Origin: Malacoraja senta
Lineage: Eukaryota
Direction of reading: 5' to 3'
Assembly (NCBI GenBank): GCA_038087875.1
Contig: CM075988.1
Span: 9,116,001 to 9,180,000 of the forward strand
DNA length: 64,000 bases
The translations under genes and the position numbers were made by a program. The stretch's first letter is position 1, and every line of letters begins with the position of its first letter. Positions 12,640 through 26,100 of this stretch are shown piece after piece. The notes under the pieces were generated by a model, which did not search any database, was not told where the DNA came from, and worked only from the letters and a program-made list of their open reading frames with translations.

Positions 12640-13478
12640 AAGATTCAAGAGACATTTATTGTCACATGCACCAATTGGTACAGTGAAATCTGGGGTCACT
12701 ATACAGCCATACGAATAAAAAATGAACACAGAACACGATAGTCTTTAACATAGACATCCCCACACAGCGGAATCAAATTTTCCCACTGTGAGGGAAGGCA
12801 CCAAAGTTCAGTCATCCTCCTCTTTGATGTTCTTTGATGTTCACCCATGGTCGGGGCCTCACGAGCCCCCCGCAGTCACCACAATGGTGGCCTGATGTTT
12901 AGGCCCTCCGCTGGGATGATGGCACTCCGACGTCGGAAAGGAAGAACACCCTCAGCGGCTTGGACTTCTGAATCGGCCGCTTCTTACTGCAGCTCCCGAA
13001 GTTCACAGGCTGAGCTGGGCAGAGATTCACATTGGCGGCCCTTGGCAAAGGGATCCCAGGACTTCGCGATTTTGAAGTCAGCATCGCCCGCGGCTGGGAG
13101 CTCCGCAACCCACAGCTCCACGATGTTGAAGCAACAGGCCCAACATTCCGGAGCTTCAAACGGCGATCCAGGTAAGGCATCGCCCGCTCCGCGATAAATC
13201 TAATGCTGCGCCGCTGCTGAAGCTCTGGTCTGGTCTCCGTCAGGAAAGGACGCGCCAATCCAGTTGGTGGGCCGTGAGGGGGGGGGGGGCGAGGATGCGA
13301 CTCGGAGAATAGTCGCATCCTCGTCAGGAAGTGACTGGGAAACAGTTTCCCCCTTACCCTACCCACCTCCCCCACATAAAAATACTAGGAAACTCCATCA
13401 CATACTTTTTAAACAGACAAAAAATATAAAAAAGATGGAAAAACAGACAGACTATAGGCAGAGGCTGCCATCATGCTG
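12640..13478 (-). mobile_element. CpG-rich non-autonomous retroposon with Rex1-like tail
   Basis: Left end tttattgtcacatgcacc...gtacagtgaaa matches the LINE tail at 2068 and 22460; body is GC/CpG-rich with no recognisable protein. Confidence 0.5.
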
Positions 13479-13479
13479 C

Positions 13480-13496
13480 GCACCCCCTAGTGGCCA
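13480..13496 (-). promoter_or_regulatory. CTCF-like motif
   Basis: Reverse complement TGGCCACTAGGGGGTGC is close to the CTCF consensus TGGCCACCAGGGGGCGC. Confidence 0.35.
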
Positions 13497-14191
13497 GTTA
13501 TTCTCTACTTATTCTCTCCTCACATTTGTGGCTATGACCTTAGAAAATCATCCAGGGGTGAGCAAGCAGAATGATAATGGTTGAAGTGCATAACTCAGTA
13601 TTATTAATGAAAGAAGTGAAAAGACGGCCATTTGACCCAGTTTGTCTCAGTAATCAGATCTATTCCCCACCCATTTCCAATACCGCTGAACAATTTCGCT
13701 TCTCATCTATCCTTTCAATTTCAGTCTAAAATTTTCGGTTGAATCTGCTTCCTCCTCCCTCTCAGGTAAATAACAACCCGCTGAATAATGCAAAATGCTT
13801 CCCCTCATCTCTCCCCTTGTTCTTTGTCCAATTATCTTCAATCTGTGCCCTCTGGTTACTGAGCATCATTGTCCGTGGAAGCAGAGATTCTCTGCTCAAT
13901 CTTTCAAGAAGTTTGAGGGTGGTGAGAAGGAAATCTTGCTTCAGGAAATGGACGCAAAGAATCAGGATATTCTTCCTGTCGAGAACCAACCATTGTGGTG
14001 TATGGATAAGCTAAGGTAGGTACAATTTCACAGCCCCAAGAAATGTGAATGATTGGTGCTGAATGCTATTAGCAAAATAATATATTGTTAACATAATGCT
14101 AACACAACATATTTACATGATATTAGGCGAATTAGTGAGGGAATTGCCTAAACTGTGATATGGAACATACTTGGTGGTACAGCAAATGTAA

Positions 14192-14852
14192 AGGGCCTGT
14201 CCCACTTAGACGACTGCTGGCAACTGTCATAATTGTAGCAGGTCGCCAAAAAACTGGCGATTGGACCCCCCCTACGACAATGTCTACGACAAGCTACAAC
14301 AACCTACCACCTAGTCAACGTCAAGCTACGGCAAGCTACCCACAACCGGCGACCCATTATGACATCCACCTATGACCACACCTATAGCAACCTACATCCA
14401 CTCACTACGACAAGCTACGACCCTGTCGGCGACAACTGAAGACAAATGAAGACAACTTAAGACAATTCAGTCGCCGGTACCTGTCGCCAGTTGACTTATG
14501 TTGACTTAGGTTGACGTAGGTAGTCGCCAATGGAATTCACTAAAGTCAGCACTGGGGACAACCTAAGTCACCTGCCGACAATCTATGTCATCATGGCGAC
14601 AACCTACGTCATTATGGCGACAACCTACGACAGCACCTACTTCAGGAGAAGTCAAGCTATGCACATTGGCGTCAAGCCCACTGTCGCCGACTGACGCCGA
14701 AATTTTTTGAACATGTTCAAAATCCAGCGGCAATCAGAAAAATGCTAGGACTCTTTGTGCGACTGAGGAGACCACTCACAACCATACAGGCGACACCCCG
14801 GCGACCATGTGGCGACAGTCTAGTCACATAAAAAATAGGTGGGATAGGCCCT
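14192..14852. mobile_element. PIF/Harbinger-type MITE
   Basis: Terminal inverted repeats (TIRs) agggcctgtcccac / gtgggataggccct, TAA on both flanks, internal short ctacgac-type repeats. Confidence 0.85.
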
Positions 14853-16274
14853 TAACTGATCATTGAGTACTGTCCATAGCTTCTTCTACAGCTGTTGCCA
14901 TAACTAATTTGTAAATGTACTCCAGATTTTTCTGCTTTGCTACACTTAGGAATAGATTGTTATTATATAAATATTAAAGAGAAATTTGCTGTCACATCCA
15001 AACAATAAATATGCATTACATGAACATCATTACTGAGAAATACTGCTGTGCTGACCCATTCCCTAATTAACTGTCCCCTGGTTTACTGCTGTGTGATTCC
15101 CTATCTATACAGTGATCTGGCTGCAGTCTTGCTAAGTGTCTTGGCCAGAGCTGACTCCAGCTGTGGGAGCCTGCAGATTTACTTTTCAATGTTTCCGGGT
15201 TACCTGTCAACTATTGTAGACTGATTGGATGTCAAGGGCTTCCTGCCTGCTCTTGTACTCCAGTATGTATTCTTCTGGTGAAGCCATTGCCTGGTGTAAG
15301 ACTCTGCCTCCAAAGGCATTGAAGTTGGCAGACTTCATAATCATGGTTTATCCCAATTCGCCCCACTCATGTAAAGATGTTGTTGCTGTGCTTCTCCTTA
15401 AAGTGCTTGAGATATTCTTTTGCTTCTAGTATTCAGCACCAATCATCTACATTACTTGGGGCGGTGAAATTGTAACTGCCTTGGCTTATTTATACACTGC
15501 AATGTTCAGCTTCACCTGAACCCTTTATAACATTTACACTGTTGGTGGCACTCATATTGATTCCCCGTCACATCTCCTTCTACACGCCTGAATTTGTTTG
15601 TTGTATTTAACACCTGTAACCAATGATCTTTTTGTTCTTGTGTTCCCAACTCTAATCTCCAGGCTGTCATCCTCAAAAATGACCTTTCCCTGTTCTACTT
15701 TCTCTGAAGTGTTCCAATGCTTTTAGTTCAGGGCTTGCACAATGCCATTTTTATGACCGTTCGTGGAAAGTACTCTGATTTTTAAACTGATTAATTAACG
15801 GGATGGCAATCTGAATATTGACTCTTAATCGATGTACATATTTTAACTTCATTCAGACTACAGCTTCTCAGCACCCTCCAATTCTGGCCCTATGCCCATG
15901 ATAAGTGACAAAGCTGCCTCTGACTTACTGCTTAAATAATATATCATTTTTCAGCAGTAATTTGCTGTGTGCGATTGGCAAAATGTGTATTTCTCCTGAG
16001 GCAATTTTCTCATTGCTTCTCTTACCTGCTCAACCTGTAATTAGATTTAATGCAAGCCATGAGCAGGAAAGTGCTTTTGGACATTCTGTAGGTTTATTAA
16101 AAGCTCCTACTTCCTCTCAAACCATTTCTCAGCCGCTACTTGCATCCCGATAGAGAATAAAGTCAGATTAGTGGTACTTCTTCATAAAACTTGTGAGAGT
16201 GGTGCCTATTATCTCCAGGGATTGCTGTTGACGTCAAATTAAAAACATGTGAAGCACATTTGTTTTACTCTTTA

Positions 16275-16572
16275 AGTTTAGTTTAGTTCAGAGATACAGT
16301 GAGGAAACAGGCCCTTTGGCCTACTGAGTCCACACCGACCAGCGATCCCTGCACACAAACACTACCATACACACACTACGTTCAATTTACATTTTTACCA
16401 AGCCAATTAACCTATAAAACCTTACGTCTTTAGAGTGTGGGAGGAAACCGAACTCGGACAAAACCCACGCAGGTCACGAGGAGAATGTACAAACTCTGTA
16501 CAGACAGCAGCTGCAGTCAGGACCGAACCCGGGTTTCTGGCGTTGTAAGGCAGTAGCTCTACCGCTACGCTG
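16275..16572 (-). mobile_element. HE1-type SINE
   Basis: Same structure as 42408-42705. Confidence 0.85.
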
Positions 16573-17229
16573 CAATATTGTCAGATATTGAATTATGAAT
16601 GATGTTGGCACATTGGAATATGGCTTTATTCATAACTGTATTACCTGACAATATTTCATACTCATCCATACAGTTTTGATGCCTTCATTATGTTTTGCAT
16701 GATAGGCATAGGATATTATATTGATCCCTGGTCACATCTCCTACCCTTTACCTGCATTTGTTTGGTGTATTTTTGACCTGGAGCAAATATTCTTCTTGTT
16801 CCAGTGTATTCAATTGTAAGACACAGGATGACATCCATAAAGCTGACCTTTCCCTGTTCTACTTTCTCTAATGGGCTCCAGTTACTCGTTTTGCAGAACT
16901 GTTTTTAACTTGACGATTGTTAACTGCTCTGATTTTAAAATGATTAATTACCGTGATGGCAGACTGGATACTGACTCTTAGCTGGCCTCTTGACCCAGTC
17001 AAGTAAGCCGCTCAGTTGCACCAGAGAACCACTACATTGCAACAGAAAAAAAACCTGACAGACAATCTTCAATCGACCTAGACCTGGTTTCATACACAGC
17101 AAAGACACTCATACCTGGCCTTGCAGAGTCCTCTGTCCAACTGCCTGGGGATTGGTGTTTAAATTAGAAGCGTTTTCCAGCTATTAAGTCTGATTTATGC
17201 ATCTACGTAGAATCATACGTAGATTAAGT

Positions 17230-17800
17230 TGATGAGTATAGAAGTTGGGAGGTCATGTTATAGTTGTACAGGACATTGGTGAAGCCACATTTAGAGTATT
17301 GTGTTCAGTTTTGGAAAGATGTTGTTAAGTTGGAAAGGGTTCAGAGAAGATTAATGAGAATGTTGCCAGGACTCGAAGGCCTGAGCTTTAAGGAGAGGTT
17401 GAGCAGGCGAGGACTTTATTCTTTGGAGTGCAGGAGGATGAAGGGTGATCTTATAGAAGTGTATAAGATCATGAGAGGAATAGAGAGGGTAAATGCACAG
17501 TTTTACCCAGAGTAGGGAAATCAAGAACCAGAGGACATAGGTTTAAGGCGAGGTGGAAAGATTTAATATAAAACTGAGAGACAACTTATTTATACAAAGG
17601 GGGTAGGTATATGGAACAAGCTGCCAGAGGAGGTAGTTGAGGCAGGTGCTATCACAATGATTAAAAAACATGTGGACAAGTACCTTGGTAGGAGAGGTTT
17701 AGTGGGCCAAACGCAGGGAGGTGGAACTAGTGTAGATGGGACATGTTGGTCGGCATGGGTAAAATGGGCCAAAGGGCCTATTTCCACACTGTATGACTAT
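17230..17800 (+). mobile_element. CR1 LINE 3' end (second subfamily)
   Basis: YRTLVKPHLEYCVQFW...LERVQRR...GLYSLECRRMKGDLIEVYKIMRG; tail gggcctatttccacactgtatgactat. Confidence 0.9.
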
Positions 17801-19337
17801 GTCACAAGGAAGGTGTGCAAGACTTCTCCATCATAATCCCAGAGGTAATAGAGATGTACCAGGGTGACGGCAGACTGATACAGGAGCATGTGGATCTAAC
17901 CATGGAGATCTCACTTTGACACCAGGCCTCATGAGCTCAATGGCAAGAGATCAAACATAAGAAAAGGTTCTCCTGGTCACCATATATCATCCTTCCTCAG
18001 CTAATGAGTCAGTCGTCCCCTGAATTAGGACGTGCTGTTGGTCACAAGGCCAAGAGACACAATTTATACATAAATGCTACCTGAAAGTGATTTATTTTCT
18101 CTCACATTTTTTCTCATCATCTCCCCCACAGATTCTACACATCATTTACATTCTCAGGGCACTTTTTATGCTCGGGGCCATTTACAGTAGTCAATAATCA
18201 ATCTAACAATCCACATTTTTCTAGGATGTGGGCGGAAAACCGGTGCTCGCATGTGGAAAAGCGATCCCATGTGGTCACAGGGAAACATGCAAACTCCACA
18301 CAGACAGCACCGGAGGTTAGGATTGTCCCCCATGATTTTACAAACCTAAAAGGTCACCCCTCAGCTTCCTACATCCCAAGGGGAATCTCTGGATGGGTTG
18401 GATAGGTAGTTTTTACACCTATGTTCCAGATAATATCCTGGTGAATCCCTCCTCCACTCTCACTAATGTTACCTCATCCTTCCTGCAGTGTGACGATCAG
18501 AACTGTACACAATTTCTTTGAGCTATCTTTAATCTAACTTTATCGGACTTGAATGTTATATCTTTGCACTAAATGTTGTACCTTTTATCCTTTACCTTTG
18601 CACTGTGGACGGATTGATTATATTCATCTACAGTCTTTTCTTTCACTGGATAGCATGCAAACAAGACCTTCTCACTGTGCACCTTTTCTCGGTAAATATA
18701 ACAATAATATACTAAACTAATATTCCAAGCCAGATTTGCAAGCTATATTTAGAATTATTTATTGATTGCAAAAATGCGTCAGAGTCAGTAGTAGCTCCTT
18801 TTAATATCCTTCTCTCCCAAGTGTAGAACGCTTTCATTTTCCCCCGTAGCCCAAATTCTTCATACAAAATTACTGTTGATGCCCATTTCCATCGTTACGC
18901 CCTTGCTATGATCTTAGTCAGCTGCCACTAAACAATTCCACCTGAATTCAAAGAACATTTTGAATGCAAGAAGCAAACACAAAATTCTTGCTTTTATAAG
19001 AACAAAATTAATATGGTTCTCAGAGCAAAGTGATGAAGGGTAAAATGATCAATTTGTTTGAAATCAAAAATATGTAATGAGAATTTTTTTTGATGACTGG
19101 GTAATCGATAAAGCAGAATACAGATGTAAGATGATTGGTAAAGGATCTAATTGAAACGTGCAAAGTCTTTGATAGCAACTTGAAAGGCACTGATTGATGT
19201 GGTAGTGGATAGCGTTTCAGTGTGGCCTTCAAAAGGGAATTTGGTGAACAGTTGAAGGAGAGAAAAATATGAGGATGTAAGGAAAGAAACAAGATATGCT
19301 CTTTAAAAAAAAAAGGTGCATGAGCCAAATGGTGCAT

Positions 19338-19620
19338 TGGGGCGGTACCGTGGCACAGCAGTAGAGTTGCTACACTACAGCACCGGAGACCCGGGTTTGA
19401 TCCTGACTACGGGTGCTGTCTGAACGGAGATTGTTTGTTCTCCTTATGACCATGTGGCGTTTCTCAGGGAACTCCGGTTTCCTCCCACATTCCAAAGACA
19501 TGCAAGTTTCTCAGTTAATTGGCTTCGGTAAAATTGTACACTTGTACAGGTGATCACTGGTGGGAATGGACTTGATGGCCGAAGGGCCTGTTTCCATGCT
19601 GTATCTCGAAACTGAACTAA
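19338..19620 (+). mobile_element. HE1-type SINE
   Basis: ggcggtaccgtggcacagcagtagag...gggtttgatcc head; ctgtatctcgaaactgaactaaac tail. Confidence 0.85.
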
Positions 19621-19944
19621 ACAATTAGCTTTGTTTTGTGCTGTGAACAAACTTAGAACATAGAAATGTCCAGCACAAGGACAGGCCCTTCGGCCATTCC
19701 ACAATATCTGTGCCGAGCATGATGCCTAGACCATCTCTTATCTGCCTGCACATGACCCATATTGCTCCATTCCTGTATATGCAGGTGCTTAAGCAGATGT
19801 CTCTTAAATGCCACTATTGTATCTGCCTCAACCATCATTCTCTGCTTTCTACTATTAGTCACAAGAGCTGCGAGGCAGCAGCTCTACTAGCTAGAATATA
19901 CTAGCTCTACTAAAATTGGAATTTCCAATTCCAATTCCAATTCT

Positions 19945-20205
19945 TCCCGCTGAGTCCACACTGACCATTGATCACCTGTTCACATTAGTTCTATGTTATA
20001 TCATTTTTTCATTGCTCCCTACACACTCGGGGCAATTTACAGAGGCCAATTAACCCACACGTGTGTGAGGAAACCGGAGCAGCACCAGGAAAATGACACA
20101 GTCACAGGGAGAACGTGCAAACTCCACACATACAGCACCAGAGGTCAGTCAGGGACCTGGGTCCCTGGCAGTGTGAGGCAGTGGCTCTACCCGCTGCGCC
20201 ACCGT
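19945..20205 (-). mobile_element. HE1-type SINE
   Basis: Similar to the other copies on the minus strand. Confidence 0.75.
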
Positions 20206-20837
20206 GCAGGGCCTTGTTCAGCACTCTTTGCAATCTGCACCAACGTCTGTCCGTGCCAGTCCTGAAGGGGTTGATTCTGAACGACATTTGGATGAAAACA
20301 CCTCCCCTCCGGTCTGAACAGCATGCCCTTGGTCTTCCTGGTGTGAACGCTTCTGGTGATTCAGTGGCTTCCCGTTACTCAGCTCTCTGCTGCCTGACAG
20401 GCTTGGAACGTGTGAGCCTGAACTATTGATCTTTCTCCACTTAGATGGAATCCAATTAAATTTGCAGAATACAGAAAGTTATTTTTCAGATTTTTAAACT
20501 AAGATCTAAATGCCATGCGGGCTATCATTGTGTGAAATGTGTTTATTTATTAGCTTAATCCAACTCCCTTTCCTGTAATGTTATGTGACTCAGTGTGCTT
20601 AATTGGATAGTTTCCTTCACCAAGTTACTGTTTTTATCGAAGCTCCCTCCTTTCCTCTTCATGCCTTGGCCCATTTTTATAATGTGTCATATGTCTGTCT
20701 ACTCTACTACTGATGTGCTAATCATGATTATATCTGACTCAGAGTTCTTAAGAGATCAGCTAGCTACATTTTTACTGGGTGCTAGATCACTCATAACTTC
20801 CTTACTTGCACAGTTACAGTGTGGACGTATTGAACAC

Positions 20838-21170
20838 AGGGCAGCAGAGTGGCGCAGCTGGTAGAGCTGCTGCCTCACAATGTAAGACATTTGGGTTCGG
20901 TCCTAGGTGCTGTCTCACGTGCTGTCTGCGTGGAGTTTGCATGTTCTCCCTATGACCACTTGGGCTTCCTCCAGGTGCTCTGTTTTTTTCCCAGATCCCA
21001 AAGACATGTGGGGTTTGTCGGTTCATTGATCTCCCCATTTGCACACATTGTGTCGGGAGTGGATGAGATAGGATAGCATAGAACTGGTGTGAATGAGTGA
21101 TTGATGGTCAGCGTGGACTTGGTGAGCCAAAGGGCCTGTTTCCACACTGTATCTCTCAAACTAAAACTAA
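20838..21170 (+). mobile_element. HE1-type SINE
   Basis: gtggcgcagctggtagagctgctgcctcac head; ctgtatctctcaaactaaaact tail. Confidence 0.85.
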
Positions 21171-21901
21171 CAAAGGCTCACCGCGGTATTTAGGGGTGCA
21201 TCTGAATTGAACTGAGGTCTGGGTCATAAGCCCGTTCATGGATGACCCTTTCAAAATAAGATGCTGCCAGTCAGACTGCGATAGGAATACATTTCTTCAG
21301 AATGTTGCATCTTCAGAATTCTCTCTCAAGATTGCGAAGATTCAATCAGTGAGTATAGTCAAGGCAGAGATCAATTGATAGATTTTTGATGATAAGTGAT
21401 TCAATGCAAATAATATGTAGAAAAAAGTTGTTGTTAAATGTTTTGTTCAATGGTGGAGCAGGCACCATTGTTCCTTATAGTCTTATGACATTCCAACATT
21501 ATCAATGAGGTGGAGACACAAAAAACTGCAGATGCTGAAATATTGAGAAAAAACACAAAGTGCTGGAGAACTCAGTGGGTCAGGCAACATCTGTGAAGGC
21601 AATATTTTGGGTCAGGACCCTGATTGAGTAGGGGGGAGAAAGATGAAAAAATTGTCAGTGAGGTAAAATGTTTTTGATTTCCTGATAGCACCTTCCAACA
21701 CCACTGCTGAATAAAAATTTAAACAATTTTTGGTTTTAACCTGTAATCCCGTGGGTTTTAATGCTGAATTATACCAACGCTATCTGGAATTAATGGGTCA
21801 ACATTGAAGAGAGTTGTCAAAGAGGCATTCAACCTGGGCTTCCTCAGAGAAGCAGAGGATTGATTAATCAAGAACAAATTCACAACAGTATATCATGGTC
21901 A

Positions 21902-22072
21902 ATAGACACAAAATGCTGGAGTAATTCAGTGGGTCAGGCAGCATATCTGGAGACGAGGAATAGGCGACCTTTCCAGTCGAAACCTTTCTCCAGACTCAGC
22001 CTGACCCGCTGAGTTACTCCAGCATTTTGTGTCTATCTTTGGTGTAAACCAGCATCTGCAGTTTCTTCCGAC
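21902..22072 (+). mobile_element. Penelope-derived fold-back insert
   Basis: Arms atagacacaaaatgctggagtaa / ttactccagcattttgtgtctat. Confidence 0.7.
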
Positions 22073-22439
22073 AAAGGATTTCACGGCCCACATGCCTACT
22101 TAGTATTAACTATCAGAATTTTCAATTAATGTAAGAAAGGAAAACAAATTCTAATGTAAAACTGCTCATCAAATAGTTTACAGTTAGTCAGGTCTCGGCT
22201 TCGTAGCAAATGGTAAATTTAGAGTCAGGGTGGATCCTGATAGTGTGGAGGATGTGAAATTAGTGACAGCAGATTGCCTGTTCTTACAACGCATCCTATT
22301 TTTAATTCTATAGAAGTCAGCTGATTGAAATTTAAGATGGTGTCATGAAACACAATGAGGTTTCAGTGGCAGTGTGAAGAGAGAGGTAACTCTGGAGTAA
22401 CTGCATCAGCATGGTTCTGCCTCATTCTGCTATTCACAA

Positions 22440-22800
22440 TTGAGTTTAGTTTAGTTAACTTTATTGTCACATTTACCAAGGTAAAGGGAAAAGCCTTTTT
22501 TGCTGGGTGCCATCCAGTCAGCGAAAAGACTATACACGAATCAAGTCGTCCACAGCGTATGTGGATGCAGAATAAGGGGAATAACGTTTAGTGTAAGATA
22601 AAGTCCAGTAAAACCCGATTAAATGTAGTCCAAGGGTCTCCAATGAGGTAGATGGTAGCTCAGAACTGCTCTCTATTTGATGATAGGATGGTTCAGTTGC
22701 CTGATAACAGGTGGGAAGAAACTGTCCCTGAATCTCGAGGTGTGCGTTTTCACACTTCTGCACCTCTTTCCTGATGAAAGAAGGGAGAAGAGGGAGTATT
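22440..22800 (-). mobile_element. Rex1/Babar-type LINE 3' end
   Basis: Minus strand reads ..RSVKTHTSRFRDSFFPPVIRQLNHP.., a Rex1-like ORF C-terminus, then the gtgacaataaa tail. Confidence 0.7.
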
Positions 22801-23193
22801 TGGGGTGAGTCACCAGCCTAGAGAAATTCTGGATTTTTTATAAACTGTAGAGTTTCCGCTACATTTAATGAAGGCACAAGGGGCTAGGGACACCCGAATA
22901 GCCAGAAATGAACCAAAGCTTTGAGTCAACAAATCTAACACTAAATACTGAGAAAGCTGGGTATGTACTAAAGTGTAGGAAATACCCAACTCATGATTGA
23001 ACAGAAACTATAGGCAAAACGTGGACTCCTTCAGCAGTTTTAGTGGGTAAGGCAGCATCTGGAGAACATGGATTGGTGACGTATTGGGTCGACCACCTTC
23101 TTCAGCGTAGAAACTTTTATTCCCTTTTCACTCTGGAATAAATTCCCTGATCATATTTCATCCTGAATTTCTTGTTGTAAATTGACCCATTCT

Positions 23194-26100
23194 AATAGTA
23201 AGATTAAACGAGAACTTACCAGTTTGAAGTTTGATCTTTATTTTATGAGGAGTTACGTTGAGGGATTACGTGAAGAAGACCCCGTCCAGCCGCACACGCG
23301 TCAATCTTCAAAGCAGCGGAGTGAAATCACAGACAACAATTACTGAAGTATGATAGTAAGATACATAAAGACTAGAACTACCTGCTCAATCTTTTATGAG
23401 GGTGGGAGCGGAGGGCACGTAATCCCTCAACGTAACTCCTCATAAAATAAAGATCAAACTTCAAACTGGTAAGTTCTCGTTTAATCTTATTATTTTACTT
23501 CGGAGTCACGTGAGTGACTACGTGAAGATTTCAAAGCTCTGTGATTTCACGCCGTAGATTCAAATCCAGGCGTTCACTGCATTGATTGACTCTAAATAAG
23601 TAAAACAATCAACAATGCACAACCATAACATGGATGCAACCAGTTAATGGTTAATTTATCACCATAATAGTAACCACTTTATCACAAGAGGAATATTTAA
23701 TACTAAATCCAAAAATAACACCACCAAATAACCATAGGTATTATAATCTCCTTATGTTAATACTTGTGAATTCTTTCACTTATGCCTGCAGCCACGAGGA
23801 TATGTTCTATTAGAACATCCAATTCCTTGACCGTCAATCTTGATGGTGCCCTGGTGAAATAAGATTTAAATTTGTCAGTATCCATACCTACATCAAGCAA
23901 CACATGCTTCAGCCATTTTAAAATAGTCTAAACCAACACTTTCTTATGCAGCTATTTATGGCTAATAAAAATACTGATACTGCACCTCTTTAAGGTTCTG
24001 ATAGCTTCAATCTAACATTGTAAATGTGATACCACACATAGACGTGGATCCGTAGGATATGCTGAAACCCCAACTTACATCCTGTGATTCCACATCTACT
24101 CTGTTTAAGCAATTCATAGACATAGCACACAATAGTAACTGTGTCTCTTTCCATCATGTCTATTCGTACTTTCTGCAATAGTTGCACTCTCTGTGCTTCC
24201 AGTCCCCTGAGCTTGACTTCCTTAATGGTAATTCAAGCCAAGGAAAGCACTGTAATAGGAGTCCATTAACAAAAAACAATATAACATATCTCTTACATTC
24301 CAGATTATTGTATACTTGTGTCTAAGAGGTTTAGAATTAAAAATCCTTTATAAATCTGCAGACCAAAGGGTGTAACCCTACAACATTTTATTCTGATTCC
24401 TCCATAGATATGCAGTAACAGCACTCCTTGCAGTATTCATAGCATTATAGCTTAACTGCTAATAAAATAAAGAGTTTACAGAACTCTAACACTACTGATA
24501 TGTCTATAGTGTGATATGTAATATTCTGCTTAAGCAAAACATATCCCATTTCCTTATGTAAGAAATGTACTACTTCTGGGTAATATCCCTCCAGATTGCA
24601 ATAATATGCACAGTACAATCTGATAGTCCTCTTCCGATAAATGTCACTCCTTAAAATCTGTAAATCAACAAACCAATACGATTATGTAAAGGATATGAAT
24701 CATCAGTTATAGAGTGCACAAACAGATTAATTCTGTTTGGAAATCATAAGAGGCTTTGTGATCACTTTTAACACCTGAGGGTACCATGGTTTTGTAGATC
24801 CAATCTGGTACCACCAATACTCCCGAAACGGAATCCTGTTTGCTCTTCTGTATATACTGTTAAATGAGACAAAATGGAAAAATTGTATACAAACATTCTA
24901 CCCCAATGCAGCGAGAAACATCCACCGCTACTGCCCCAGTATCAGGCTCTATAACATATATTTAGGTAATTGGTGGTTAAATCTGGATACAAACAAGTCA
25001 TCAATCGTGCAACAATATTATTAAATTTCTCACGATCCAACATACATTCTGTATTATCATTGATTTACATGACCTTGAGTCTTCAACTATATTGAATCTA
25101 CCTCATAGGTAGATTGCCAATCAAATATTTCTGGTAAACACCAGATCCAGATCACATTAGCTAGTCTATTACAAGATACTGACTTAAACCACTCGAATGA
25201 TTGACATACGTTCTATTCCGTAGTGTCAATCTATATCTAAACATGCAAACTTTGCATATAAGAGCAATAAGCTTTAGGTCATAAATGTTCCTAAAACTTT
25301 CATTAATGATCCCTTGTTATTGGATCAAAAGGTACTTTCTCCATATTCCATGTACCTCCACAGCTGAAAATACATAAGTATGACCTCAATCAGAATATAG
25401 CAATAGACCATTACCAAATGGCCCTGAGTTCTTAGTAAAGCTAATATTAGATCCAACAACCTGTCAAATAGTCTCAGGGCTGAGACTAAACATTAATACA
25501 ATGCTTAAATTGCCATAATTGACTTATCCAGATAAAATTAAAATATCTATTATTGCCATACACAGTGACATAGTAAAAATGCATATTTTTGAAATTGGCT
25601 GCATAACATTAACAAATGTTACCAACTGTTTATACTGTACAAAAAAGAGTTAAAATTTGTCAGTTCTAGAATAATTCTACACCCACCATCCTTATTTGCT
25701 CTCATAACATACTTGGCATTAATTGATGGTAATGGTGAACTGACTTCTTAATCATCTCTTTTTCACAATATTTCCTGTTTTGTCTGAATCTACATATTCT
25801 TTTATTTTGAGAAATATGTGTCTGGTTTCAAATACCTTAGTAAGAGAAACCCAATATGGGTAGAACTACATTCTAAACCCCACAATACTGTACAGTATAA
25901 TATCAAATTGCCATCTTTTAGCAAGAATTGTAATCTTCCCCAACTTGTAAGTGTAAAACATTTAATATATTTCTTACAGAACCAGACCTCCTCCTCAGGG
26001 TTTGCCTATGGCAATTGTTATCCCCTGATTTTAGTGGAATATTATAACTTCCACATATCTCAGGAGGAGTGCGCCTATAACGCACATATGGGAAAAACAA

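Noticed and set aside
12847..13584. Overlapping 106-158 aa ORFs
   Set aside because: These are chance ORFs in a GC-rich repeat with no recognisable domain.
13739..14019. Exon-like ORF ending at a gtaggt donor
   Set aside because: The first half is a decayed minus-strand CR1 tail, and there is no convincing acceptor or homology.
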